A stretch of DNA of 64,000 nucleotides, from assembly GCF_031769215.1 (NCBI RefSeq), contig NW_026781956.1, forward strand, positions 806,001-870,000, written 5' to 3'. Below are positions 39,301 to 52,290 of the stretch, one piece after another. The translations under genes and the position numbers were made by a program. Under the pieces are notes generated by a model. That model had not been told where the DNA came from and ran no database searches. It was given only the letters and a program-made list of their open reading frames with translations. This DNA comes from Ylistrum balloti. Its lineage: Eukaryota. The first letter of the stretch is position 1, and each line of letters begins with the position of its first letter.

Positions 39301-40779
39301 GTTACACAACGGGGAAGATATAATTAATCACGTGGAAATGAAATCATCGACGTGATATAATCGTTATAAACCAGTATAAGATATATCTTACTAAGTATTT
39401 GATCAGAAATAATTATAAAATCCATCCGATATCAGGACCCTATTACAGTACATCTGTAGATAGCTCGGGGAAGACTAGGTAGATAAACATAGATAAGATT
39501 ACTATGTTGGGTATTTACTATAATGTGATGTCGGAGGAGACATACACCAAATAGTCTACACATTTAGATAGGAGATAGATATCAGTGTTACACGCGCCTA
39601 TGGGAGATATGTATATTCATATACGCATAACGTACAAATGTACATGTAGTTGGATGCATTAGTCGTCAAAAACAGAATAAAGGGACAAAATATTATTTGT
39701 TTTCGACAGAGGTATTCCTGCATCCACGCTTCCCCTACCTATTATTATAGTTACATTTAAAGTTGATTCAATATCCAAGAACTTGTTTCCAAACTCACGA
39801 TCATGAAAGCTAAATCTCACAACAGGAGGATGAAGGTACTGGAGAGGAATTACTGTGATACACCAGGATCAGATGCAGTGTGGTTTCAATGCTGCACGCC
39901 TGGTTCTCATTGAAAGAGTTGACATTACATGAATAGATGTCGTTATGGAGATTTTGAGTTAAGGTTGAGATTCTGTTGAACTGTCGGATATGTTCTTGTT
40001 TTATATTGTACGATGCAGTCTAATTCTTCTTTGGTTCGACTGTATCTTATTCTAAGATTGGATTGGAAAGTGCTGTTCACTTATGTGTTTTTTGTACAGA
40101 CTCCACTTTCCAAGGTAGACCGAAAGTTTCCAGTTCCTTCATAAAGTTGTTGGTCAGTGTATCTACCGTTCGGCGAGAATATAATTAGGTGAATGAGACA
40201 TGGCTATGAAGCCTTTTATTGTGTTTATGTAAAATTGTGTTAACGTATAATTGAATCGCATATATCTAGAGACGACAATTGATCATACCGTCAATGAAGC
40301 CATATTCATAGAAAATCTGAAAACATTGCTCTGGTCCACAGCAAACTTTCTGAACAGAAGTGACAAACACACACCCACACACACCTCCTCCACATTTATA
40401 TCTAACAGGCATTATTCTACAATTTTGTATAAAAAAAATAACAAAATTAATATATATCAGAACAAATAAACCCCGACCTCAAATCCCTCCAGCCAAGAAA
40501 ATACCAACATAGCAACAGAATCATAATTCATGCTACAATTCAGTAAAACTATAGCAAACTATGTACAAAAGGACACGTAGGATATGAGCACATGTTCCGG
40601 AACAGTAAGCGTCTTTTGCTTTATAAACGACACTGACCACGAAAATATTGGTCAATGCGAGCCAATAATGCCACGTTCTCAGATGAGAACAATGTATACA
40701 AGAACGTAACCAACATGCAAACTAACGAGCATCAAATACGTTCAGTTTTATAGCATAAAGGGACATGGTTTATTTCCTA

Positions 40780-41200
40780 ATAAGATCAATATGACAACCG
40801 TTAATCTTCCTCATCATATTCGTCAACCTGCATTTTTCGAAACCCTGTGTTGCCAGTTTTTCAGTAGTCGACACAATTCATAAAATCGTGATATTGAGAA
40901 CAAGCCCTTGAATAACGAATCAACTGTGACATGCAAATATTAGGTAGGGGATGCAGTGATGTTGCTCTCTACAAGCGAAAAAAACCCAAAGCAAAGCATT
41001 AGGGAAATTGAAAACATCACACTTCTCATGCAGCTTGGTGAAAAGTTGTCCATATTGGCTGATGAAAAAGAGTCTGTCGTGTTCTTGATTAACATGAATT
41101 TCGTGAGAAGATGCAGAGACCCCATAACTCTTCACATCATGAACAAGTGTCATAACATCTCTTCTTTGACAGTTTGATAATTTTTAGATACAAAATGTTT
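40780..41200 (-). mobile_element. Penelope-like element RT-thumb relic
   Basis: The minus frame reads QLFTKLHEKCDVFNFP, a degraded form of the TKLYDKRDDFNFP motif of Penelope-like elements that are abundant in bivalves. It is homologous to the copy at 46.8-47.2 kb. Confidence 0.6.
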
Positions 41201-42419
41201 ATTGATTTGTATCACAACTAATTGATAAATAATAACAGAAATATCAAATTATTCATCATACTGCATATGTACTCTTCCGTCTAATAACGCTGCGATTTTC
41301 ACGGCTGGTATAAACATAACTATTATGTGTGAACTACAGTTGTCTCCCTTTGACCACATAGTGTGATGTCTGCTATTTAATACTAATGTGATTGACATTC
41401 AAATGTTATCGGTACATTTAAGTTACCTGTTATGGATAATTTATGGTATTTATCCTCCAAACCTAACTGGTACCCTGTTTCTAAGTGAACCCCATTTCAA
41501 CAGAACAGTTCGATTTTACTTGAACATTCTTATTAAGGATTTTTCATGTGATTTTCCTCTACAGACAATATCGTTGTTTTCCTGTTCGGCTTCTACCAAT
41601 AACATTACCATCCCCGATAGTAAAACTGATGGCGAAGTGATTTGATTGATCTAGAGCGGGTTTCAGGTAATAAACTGACCAATCACAGGCTTATATGCTT
41701 CTTTGAAGAATACAAAGTAACGACACCCAACTTCAAAGCTATTTCAACATACTATCATGCGATCTCGAGATTCGTGTGATATACATCTTATCCGCAATGT
41801 GTCGCATATGGAGCCTTAAATTTTGCATTGAACTGTAGCAGGATGAAGAAAGCGATAATGATCAATACTAGATCAATCGAGGATCGAGGATACAGATGAA
41901 GATTTGATGAAGTAAAAAGACAAACAAACACATTTTATTATCAGTTTAATCATAAATTATTGATTTCATTTCTTGACAAAACAATGCTTTTTATTACGGG
42001 TTTCCTATGATATCACCAAAAAGATTGTAAACAATACGTTTATCTTATGACTTGCTCCAACATTCCTTTTCATAAGACATGATATATAACGGACAATTAT
42101 ATATTATAATTTGCCTACCGCCGTCCCATTACAGTGGTACTAGACAGTCAATGTAATGTCATTACTATTATTATAACTGGTCGCGCTCTATTGTGAAAAC
42201 CTGAAAATAAGTATAGATAATAAGTATATAATGAAGATAAGTTAGTGATATAATTGCAAGATGGCCTTCTAGTAGACCATGAAACTTTAACAGATCTCAA
42301 TGGATTTATCAGTTAAACACTTAACTCTACATAATCAAAATGTTTTTATTGCAATGAGATATGAAATAGAAGAGGACATAACGTATTCTGTTTACCGTAC
42401 CAATATGTGATCTAAATTA

Positions 42420-43445
42420 GTATAAGGGGAGACAACCTACCTTGTTTATTATACAAACATGCGATCTAACAAGTATGAGAATATACAACCTACCTTGTGT
42501 ATTATACCAATATGAAATCTAAACTCGCACGAGGTAAGACAGCCTACCAAGTTTACAGTACAAATATGAGATTATAAGCTAGAATGGGAGCGACAACCTA
42601 CTGTTTACTGTGCCAATATGAGATCTAAACTAGAAGGAAATGAAGGCAACCTACCCTGTTTACTGTACTTATAGGAGATCTTAACTAGAATGAGGGGAGA
42701 CAACCTACCCTGTTTACTATACCTATAGGAGATCTTAACTAGTATGAGGGGAGACAACCTTCCCTGTTTACTGTACCTATATGGACTAAGACCACAATTA
42801 ATTTCACTATATGTTTCATTGTAACATTAAAATTCATAACTAAGTCCCAAAGTTTCATCTGCAAATTTCCATTTCACCTGGCCAAGATCAACATCTGAGA
42901 AGCAAAATGTAAATGTTTCAACCCATCATGTTGGGCATTTTCTGGAGATATACCTCCATGTGTGTCACCAACGTCAATTATATACATCTGGGTCAGGGGT
43001 AAAGGTGAAAACAGGACTTTTTACACCGGATCTTGCAGCACAAAATACATGTTCAATATGAATGATTTACACACTGACAGTTAGATTATCGTCTCTAGAA
43101 CACATCTACATCAAATTTATAGGCAAACATCCTATTCAAAGAGGCATATTATTTTTTTCCCTAATAAACATACATTTTTTAGGGACTTCATTCGTGGGTA
43201 CTGAACCCGGAAGTATTAAATTGTGGTCTTAGTCCATATCAGATCTTAACTACTATGAGGGGAGACAACCTACCTTGTTTACTGTACCTATATCATATCT
43301 TAACTAGTATGAGGGGAGACAACCTTCCCTGTTTACTGTACCTATATGAGATCTTAACTAGTATGAGGTGAGACAACCTTTCCTGTTTACTGTACCTATA
43401 GGAGATCTTAACTAGTATGAGGGGAGATAACATATCCTGTTTACT
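42420..43445. repeat. 54-bp tandem repeat (GATCTTAACTAGTATGAGGGGAGACAACCTTCCCTGTTTACTGTACCTATAGGA) split by a MITE
   Basis: About 7 copies to the left and about 4 to the right of the insertion. Confidence 0.9.
42782..43236. mobile_element. MITE (Tc1/mariner-type, TA target duplication) inserted in a 54-bp tandem array
   Basis: Perfect inverted repeats ATATGGACTAAGACCACAATT (42779-42799) and AATTGTGGTCTTAGTCCATAT (43219-43239). TA flanks both ends and the array unit resumes in register. No ORF. Confidence 0.8.
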
Positions 43446-43489
43446 TTTAAATTCTCAATATTCTTAAAGAATGTTATGCTTTTAACATA

Positions 43490-44522
43490 TAGCTGGTTAG
43501 ATGGTTAGGAAATCATCCCACCTGTTATGTTACATTTATACGGTTAGATGGTTAGGATATAATCCCGCCTGTTATGTTACATTTATACGGTTAGATGGTT
43601 AGGATATAATCCCACCTGTTATGTTACACTTATACGGTTAGATGGTTAGGATATAATCCCGCCTGTTATGTTACATTTATACGGTTAGATGGTTAGGATA
43701 TAATCCCACCTGTTATGTTACACTTATACGGTTAGATGGTTAGGATATAATCCCGCCTGTTATGTTACATTTATACGGTTAGATGGTTAGGATATAATCC
43801 CGCCTGTTATGTTACATTTATACGGTTAGATGGTTAGGATATAATCCCACCTGTTATGTTACATTTATACGGTTAGATGGTTAGGATATAATCCCGCCTG
43901 TTATGTTACATTTATACGGTTAGATGGTTAGGATATAATCCCACCTGTTATGTTACATTTATACGGTTAGATGGTTAGGATATATTCCCGCCTGTTATGT
44001 TACATTTATACGGTTAGATGGTTAGGATATAATCCCACCTGTTATGTTACATTTATACGGTTAGATGGTTAGGATATAATCCCACCTGTTATGTTACACT
44101 TATACGGTTAGATGGTTAGGATATAATCCCGCCTGTTATGTTACATTTATACGGTTAGATGGTTAGGATATAATCCCGCCTGTTATGTTACACTTATACG
44201 GTTAGATGGTTAGGATATAATCCCGCCTGTTATGTTACACTTATACGGTTAGATGGTTAGGATATAATCCCGCCTGTTATGTTACACTTATACGGTTAGA
44301 TGGTTAGGATATAATCCCGCCTGTTATGTTACACTTATACGGTTAGATGGTTAGGATATAATCCCCCCTGTTATGTTACATTTATACGGTTAGATGGTTA
44401 GGATATAATCCCACCTGTTATGTTACATTTATACGGTTAGATGGTTAGGATATAATCCCGCCTGTTATGTTACATTGATACGGTTAGATGGTTAGGATAT
44501 AATCCCACCTGTTATGTTACAT
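43490..44522. repeat. 47-bp minisatellite, about 22 near-identical copies, about 220 bp downstream of the paralogue A stop
   Basis: Unit TACGGTTAGATGGTTAGGATATAATCCCRCCTGTTATGTTACAYTTA. Confidence 0.97.
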
Positions 44523-44743
44523 TCATACACCGATTTATAAATTAGTGAGTTTTATTATGTCACAAGTGGCCGCATTATAACTACACCTGTTTTTAATCTT
44601 AAAGCTATTTCGGAAAAAAATCTATAGTTTAACGTCAGAATGGAATGTAAGTTTGTCATCAGCTATTGTCACTCATGCACATGCTTAGAATTATATACAA
44701 TCTGATTATGCACAATGTAAATCTTTCATTATGAAGTACTGTT

Positions 44744-47700
44744 TTATTCCTCAAGTCTTTGTAATAATTTTACAGTCTGAAAAACAATACAGGTGTTTGC
44801 AGCATTGACGGGAAATGCCCTGATGAATGTTACGAGAGTTCCTTTGAAAAACACTCGTAAACCCTCGGCCTTGAAGCTTTGAACAGCACAGTCTGTTATA
44901 CTTTTGTATTTGCCCACCAAATCACCTTGGTAACGACTTTTGATCACGTCAAACGGCATTCCTATGCCCCAGTTAATGCATCCAGCTAACCCTCCACTGA
45001 TACTGTCGGCTACCAATCCTCGAGAGTCGGTCAGACCCCGATCTTCTAGTTGACGTTTTATCTGATGGAAGTTGACCATGAAGAGCCCACCTAGAGGGAC
45101 CTCACGACACAACATTAACGAAGCCCCTTTGTAAAATCCAAGAAAACCTTGCTGCCTGTACACGTGATGTCCAACAGCCACAGGACCCCGAAAGTATTTT
45201 GTTTTATCATCTGCAAAAAATAACATTAAGAACTCTAAGATCCTCTAAATCACGAGACAGTAGAATTTAAAAGGTTCAGCAGCATTCTATTCTGGATTTC
45301 AATCGTATGGCATTACTAATATAATTTCATACCACTGGGAAAATAATTTGTTAACAATAGTTATCATTCTTGAAGGAAAAAACCCAGAACTTACAAGTTA
45401 GGTCCCTCTGCCACTGCTTTGCTGCTGCTTGTGATTGGAGGATAACTTTAACATGATCTATCGGAATTACAAACGTCATTTCCGCCAAGCTTCCTATACA
45501 TCCGGCGATATATCGGCGTCGAAACTCGACATCTTCTGTGGTGAATCCTTGATTTAACAGATTGAGCGCTGCATTGTTGACTCCCCAGAACACTCCGTTA
45601 GTGAAGAGAATGGAACACAGTGGCCACGAAAGGCCTCTTAATAAACCATCAGACTATAAAATAAACAATGTTAGGTATAATTACACAGTCGGAAAACAAC
45701 ACCTTTTTCTTAGCTTTCGCTATTTACTTTAATATAATCACAGATAAAATCAATGTTGTAATCATTGTAAAACAATTCACTTAACCAACATGATAAATAT
45801 AAAAGACTTACAAGTTTACTTCTGTAGATCGCTGAGAGTATGTCGGGGAGGCGGCCATTTGACCTAGTTTGATGCAGCACCTAAGTAAGAGACAAACTAA
45901 TTCATCAGAAAACGGAAGTTATAATTCAACACTGAAATATAAGACTCGAATCTGTGAACCATCAACAGCAGACATACATCTGTGCGGCAAGTAGATCTTG
46001 TTTGAAAGGTTGTGAGCTTGAAGTAAGTGGCGGATGCACATGGTCGGAGTGTTCTTGAATTCAAACGAACAGATAGTGTGTGGGTGTGGGCTTCATTTTT
46101 TTTATATCTCTGCTATTTGTGGTCCCTAAGGTTTGTCGTGACCTGCATGCTACGTTTTGAATTATTCTAATATTGACAATAACCAGAAATATCTCGATGA
46201 AAATTATGAAATTTTCATGAAGTTCGTGAACATTCTCATCTTGATTTTGACATTTCTTTCGGTCTATTTGGATTTTCTTCAGTCGCCTCCTAGAAGGACG
46301 AAATAGCTGAATGATGCAATTTTATCATTATTTGGTCATGCTGTATCTAATTCTATATTTGTATTACAAAGGTTCTATTCACATGTGTGTCTTTTGTACA
46401 GTCTTTACACTTGCGAATTCTCTTCGTCATATATGGTATTTTCCTCTGCTTTACATGTGATCAAAAATTCTATAATTCTGCAAGGCCTCTTGCACAGAAT
46501 GGAAATGTCAAAGATACCCTTCTTTGCAAAATCGATTGAAATATAAGTTTTCAGTAAATGTCACGTTATAACAATTTCGCTTCCGGTGTGTGCAGTCTGA
46601 GAAATAAAACAGTAAAGAAAATACCAAATTGTCAACAAAAACTGAATTCAAACTCAAATTCGCTGAAAAGACGCCAAACTATTAACAAAAGAAAGAAAGT
46701 GTTCCGGACGGGTAAGCGTTTTCAGTATGGAATGTAATATGTAAATCTTGGCCAATTCAAGTAGCTATTATCATATTCCAGCTTCAGATATATTGATGAT
46801 GTCTGTCTTTAATTAGCAAGAAATTTATTGACCACGTCCCTCGTGAAAATCAGGAAACAGATACGGATAGACTCTTTTACATCAGCTGCTTATCTCGTTT
46901 TTTTCCTACAAAAAACCTACCATCAAGCTGTATAATAAACGTGATGATTTCAATTTTCCTATTGTGATTTTTTAATCTATTTCTGGATAGCAATATCCCT
47001 GCATCTCTAGCCTATTGTATTTGCATGTCACATTTGATACAATATTCAAGGGTCTGTTCCAATTATCATGATTTTCATGCAAGAAGTCGTCAATTGACGG
47101 ACAATCTCGTAACACAAGGGTTCAAAAGATGCAAGTTGATGAAAATTATGGGAAGTTTTATGGGAATCGAACCCCGGTCGGCTAGGTGAAAGGCGAGTGC
47201 GTTACCACTGCGCCATCCGACCACTTTTGAGTATTGTGATATCTTACAAATATCTTCAACCTTAAATAAAAATTAAAAAGACATGAAAAAATTATGAGAA
47301 TGTTTATTGGTGATAAGTGTCCTATAATTAAAAAAATAATGACTCATGTTAGGTTTTTGAATTAACTCTTATTTACCTTTACTGTGTCGAACGGGAAACC
47401 GACGAGAAGTACCGCAACACCTGTAATGTGAAGTCATATATATCTAAATACATATATGTGTAGACAGTTTACTTATTTAAGAAAGATAACGTTTTGTGGC
47501 TAACAACCAGTGAAGTTAGACAAATCAAACATAGTATTGTCAGAATGAACTTGATCTGACAGTGAAACACAAGAAACTGTCAGGGCAGGTACATTACAAT
47601 GGTAACACAAATAAACAAATCACTATTGTACTAAAATGTAATCACATAAAACCTCTGATAGTACAATCTAAACAATATTTACTACAGTGATAAACTGCCA

Positions 47701-48824
47701 CAGGAACAATATAAAAAATTTAACAGTTGATTTGTACATCATTAAGTACTTATAGGCGATGTAATAATATTGATAGCTGTTGTAAACTGTACAATGCCAT
47801 ATACAATGACTCGTCCACGCCCTATGCATTATTTGATATCAGTTCCTCACAATGATCTGATTTTTTCCCATTCTTTTAAGTAGATTTCTAGATGTCCAGA
47901 CGATTTCTTTTAAAGGTATCCAAAATTCCGGTCCCTTGCATCACTGATGTGTCCTAGTCGCCTTTTAGATATCAAGACTTCCGGCCCCTAGCATTACTGA
48001 TGTGTCCTAGTCGCCTTTTAGATTCCAGACTTCTTGCCCCTTACATCATTGTCGTGTCCTAGTCGCCTTTTAGATATCAAGACTTCCCACTATTTGTATC
48101 ACTAACGTGCCCTAGTCGCCTTTTAGATATCAAGACTTCCCACTATTTGTATCACTAACGTGCCCTAGTCGCCTTTTAGATATCAAGACTTCCCACTATT
48201 TGTATCACTAACGTGCCCTAGTCGCCTTTTAGATATCAAGACTTCCCACTATTTGTATCACTAACGTGCCCTAGTCGCCTTTTAGATATCAAGACTTCCC
48301 ACTATTTGTATCACTAACGTGCCCTAGTCGCCTTTTAGATATCAAGACTTCCCCTAGCATTACTATTTGTATCACTAACGTGCCCTAGTCGCCTTTTAGA
48401 TATCAAGACTTCCCACTATTTGTATCACTAACGTGCCCTAGTCGCCTTTTAGATATCAAGACTTCCCACTATTTGTATCACTAACGTGTCCTAGTCGCCT
48501 TTTAGATGTCCTGACACTGTGACGACAATGTACCTGACATTGGAATCACAATGACAACAGTTTTACCAAATCTTGGCACCTTTATTATTTCGATATCGTA
48601 TCTGCTCTGTATCTTCTACGTTATTACGGTATTACGGTTAATGTTTCAGCCAATTTTCCCCCAATATAAGATACTTGTTTGTTAGTTTGTCGCATTTTTC
48701 AGATTGAAATTTTAGCTAGCTTTAATAACAAAAAATGCACAATTTTTTTCCGGTGGAATCGTGAATTTAACGATTTACCTCCGACGGCTCCTCCTATAAA
48801 GCCATGGAAGGAGTTGTCCGCCAT
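44744..48824 (-). CDS. SLC25A45: SLC25A45/47/48-like mitochondrial carrier, paralogue A (294 aa, divergent)
   Basis: Exons 48824-48779 (MADNSFHGFIGGAVG), 47420-47377 (44 nt, GVAVLLVGFPFDTVK), 45880-45812, 45653-45395 and 45210-44744 (TAA). All introns are GT-AG and the total is 885 nt in frame. Three Px[DE]xx[KR] motifs (PFDTVK, PIDHVK, PFDVIK) plus CREVP and RAFPVNA. Which member of the 45/47/48/29 group it matches needs a tree. Confidence 0.88.
46780..47160 (+). mobile_element. Penelope-like element RT-thumb relic in intron 2 of SLC25 paralogue A
   Basis: Reads TIKLYNKRDDFNFPIV, then after a frameshift FLDSNIPASLAY...SRVCSNYHDF...LVTQGFKRCKL. Confidence 0.7.
47162..47222 (-). mobile_element. 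tRNA(Glu)-like SINE head or truncated tRNA pseudogene
   Basis: Minus strand GGTCGGATGGCGCAGTGGTAACGCACTCGCCTTTCACCTAGCCGACCGGGGTTCGATTCCC has an A box (TGGCGCAGTGG), a B box (GGTTCGATTCC) and a CTTTCAC loop (TTC anticodon). The anticodon stem does not pair and the 3' acceptor stem is missing. Confidence 0.65.
47935..48510. repeat. 53-bp tandem repeat, about 10 copies, in intron 1 of paralogue A
   Basis: Unit CCTAGTCGCCTTTTAGATATCAAGACTTCCCACTATTTGTATCACTAACGTGC. Confidence 0.94.
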
Positions 48825-50589
48825 CTCGTGATCCTTGCTGTATATCACTGATCTTCACTTGAGTAGTGGCTCGTTTCTTGATATAGAAATATAACACCTT
48901 AATACTCTGATATCAGATGAACAGATAATTAACTTGGATGTAACTTTGATATACCTACTATTTCGCATACTTCCTCTTTCTACACTTGTGATTTTATTGT
49001 TTTATAATCCTCTGTCACTGTAAATTCAACCAATTTTGTTAAGGATTTATTGGTTGTTTTGTAAAACTTTCTCAGTAGATTTAAAAAACAAAAACAAACA
49101 AAAAATAAAACCACCTTGTCTTAAAACAATACTTACCAGTGTACGACTCTACCCGTCAGTAAGGAGTGTGTTCTACCTAAACAAGCTTTATATATCAAAA
49201 GGATTCAGTCCATTGCCAAATAACTTTCCCTGTCTTTGTTTCGTTTGATTAAAAAGGTGTTCTGACATATGATCTGCGTAAGGGGTATTCATAAAGACCC
49301 GATTATAAATGACACATTCAACAGATACCAACTCGGCATGGTGCCACCCTATCAGGACATATCATCCATGTGTGTTCACGACGTTCATTAATTAAATAGC
49401 ATTGCACTTCATATATTTACACAAGCGTTAATTGTTTTGACAACCAATGGAATCTTTGTAAAAGGCTAAGAAATCCGGGTACTTTTAAATCAATCAGGTA
49501 ACCAATATATATATTGTAATATGGTGCATAGACAGGGAATATAAACAAATACATTTATTTAATAAAAATCTTATTATAGTGAACGGGGGTCAGAGGAATT
49601 TATTCGACAAGCTCAGCGGTATACGGATGACATAAGTGTCTATATTAAGTTGAAACATTGTGTCATGTCATGCTCCCAGAAACCAATAAATGACGATATA
49701 CTTATTATCTTTATTTGAAAACTTTTCAAATAGTTAATCTATAACGTTCATTAAATATCTCCTCGATTGAATAACATCGTGATGCCAACTGCGGGAAGCT
49801 ATCGGAATTAAATCTCCCACAAGGCCTCCCGTCCCGTCGACAAAGCACGAAGAAAACATAATAAAGACAAGATATAATTCTTTGAACCGGCCAAACCCAA
49901 AGGTATAATATCGAAAAACTATTGTACCGGGAGACATCAAATATGAACGGGTGTATGGTCAACACAGTAAATAATTCTGGTGTTTCTCCGTCTGTTAAAA
50001 GACATTGGTTTCGACATTTGAGGGTGCGAACACGGTAATGTAGTGTTTACTTTAAAAACTGAAGAGAGAATAACACAAAATATCCAAAGATTAATGGGGA
50101 TCAGTAAATGCAAAAATGTGGGCAATAAGAAGGTGAATATAAAAGTAAATGGAATTTCTCACCATTTTAAGTACACTACAACTGTCAACCGTTTCTATAT
50201 TTCACAGTATTCTAAAAAACTTTGTTGGTTATTTGAAACTTTTAAATGTTGTGTGGAGTAGCTAATCCATCGGGTTGTTACCTATCAAAAGTGGAAGCTA
50301 GTTTGGTCTACGGATCAATTAGAGTTCGTCCGTCAAGTCAAGATACCACAGGACTAAAATGGACAATCACGTCATGATGTTAAACCGTTAAACCAAGCAT
50401 TGTAGAGGTTAGGATCATTTCATATAAATTTATACTGTTATTACGTACTTGGTTTTCTGTTTATAGATATCAGCTACAGTGAGTACAACAAGTTTTCCGA
50501 ATATAAGATTTCTTTTATACAGGCAATATTTCTATTACTGATATCTTTTTATCTTTTTGGCAGATTATTGCATTTATCATTGTTATCAA

Positions 50590-50900
50590 GAAGTATTTCT
50601 TGACTCCGAATTCGTTTGCTGGATTCAATGGGTTTTTAACATTTATGTTCCACTTCAATGGTCCAGACTATTCCTCTTCTGTCAAGACCGATGCCTCTCC
50701 TGGCTGGGAAACTGGTTACTATTTTGGGTTATTTGTCTGTTTATGTGTATCGGACGCTAGACCATCTATTTGTTTGAAGGGGAAAATTATCCTTAGCATT
50801 ATGTTGTTGGAGCCTTTATCTCAAAAACAAAAGGGTTTTCATAAATTCTGACTACGAAAGTGCAATTAATTGGTTTAAGTAAGGGAACATCTCGATACAT
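50590..50900 (+). mobile_element. Possible DIRS-type (tyrosine-recombinase retrotransposon) RNase H relic
   Basis: The frame reads FAGFNG...SSSVKTDASPGWETGYYFG...IMLLEP, which resembles the FNG...TDAS..G.G.YF...ELF pattern of DIRS RNase H. The match is short and degenerate. Confidence 0.3.
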
Positions 50901-52290
50901 GGTAGCAATGAATATTTGTCGTTTAATGTTTTGTTCACACTCCTGTCAAGCTGCGAATTTAGGGTCGCCTATTTGCCACAAATGTAACACAGTAGTATCA
51001 GACACAGTGTCACAACTTCACAAAGATCTTTGAATTTAACACCTAGAGCCTTGGTCATATTCTTGGTCATGTGACTATTCGATTTCTGTATAGCGGCTGT
51101 CTTGGTATAGTTCTAGGAGCAGTGACTATGCTGTAATTTTGTTATAATTCTAATCATAGCGAAACAGAAAGCATTTTGTCCTCCGTGCAAAAGTACTTGA
51201 ACATCCTTAGTCAAAGGCACAACTCTCCGGCATGCAGTACCCTCCCTCTAATCATCCTCTCAAACGAAATTTGATCAGCGGTACAAGCGGCCTATTCAGC
51301 ACAACAAATATATGATTTCGCGAAGAGGAGGCGACAGCTTGCCTCCTCCATGTTAATTCATTACTATGTCATGTTTTCGATTCAAAGTCACTTCAAGGCT
51401 ATGGTTAAAATGCAGACCATTTACTATCCCTTTCCTGATAAATGATGGCAATGAAGTTTCTTGTCATTGTTTCTGCCGAAAAGTTTCAACTTAATTAAAT
51501 TTTGCTTGTTTTTGGAATATCTTAAATCACAATGATAAACGGCATTCCTTCAGGACAGCGGATACTTCTTGGCACGGTCATCTTAGTGTGGTCTTGGAGG
51601 AGGACATACTAATTATTGGTTACTGAATGTGTCGTGCAGTCTATAGATGTATTGGCCTTAATTTTCCACGGAGCTGGATAACCAGAATGTTTGAACTCTC
51701 TTTAGTTTCAAACAGTGAGTACATATCAAAGTTGATATGAACACACATGCAACTCTTAACTTTTACTACACTCATGTTATCAATGGCATCGCTGCCTGTG
51801 TTGTTTCTATGGTCAGGTGTTTGTCCCTATGTGTACATTGTGTGCGTGATAGTTCATAGGATTTTCATCAATGTGTCCCTATGTGCCCGGAAAGATTAAA
51901 ATAACACACAGATTTTTATGTTTGTGAATATCACATCATGAACCAAGATATTTAAAGTCAGTAAAGGCTATACTGACTTTATAAAGACTGTTGTCAAATC
52001 ACGAATCATCACATTCTCTTGGTGTAAATCGTTACGACTGCACTAATCAGTTACCTGATACTGAATCAATGGGAGGACAGTCATATCTCAGGTGAGTTCT
52101 ATTACTCAAGTAACTTAAATACTTTGTACCTTAACATGAAGCATGATAACAAGAATAAAAATCATCAGGCTTATATCTTCATTTGCTTAAATGACGTTAC
52201 ATTCAACTGGTATTAGAATATCAATTTCATTTTGCACGTTTAAATTTCAATGTGTTAATGTAAAGATATAAATTAACGGCCAGATTGTCA

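Noticed and set aside
43490-44522. Interstitial telomeric repeat (GGTTAG motifs)
   Set aside because: There are only two separated TTAG(G) words per 47-bp unit and no (TTAGGG)n run.
47162-47222. Functional tRNA-Glu gene
   Set aside because: The anticodon stem does not pair and the 3' acceptor strand is absent.
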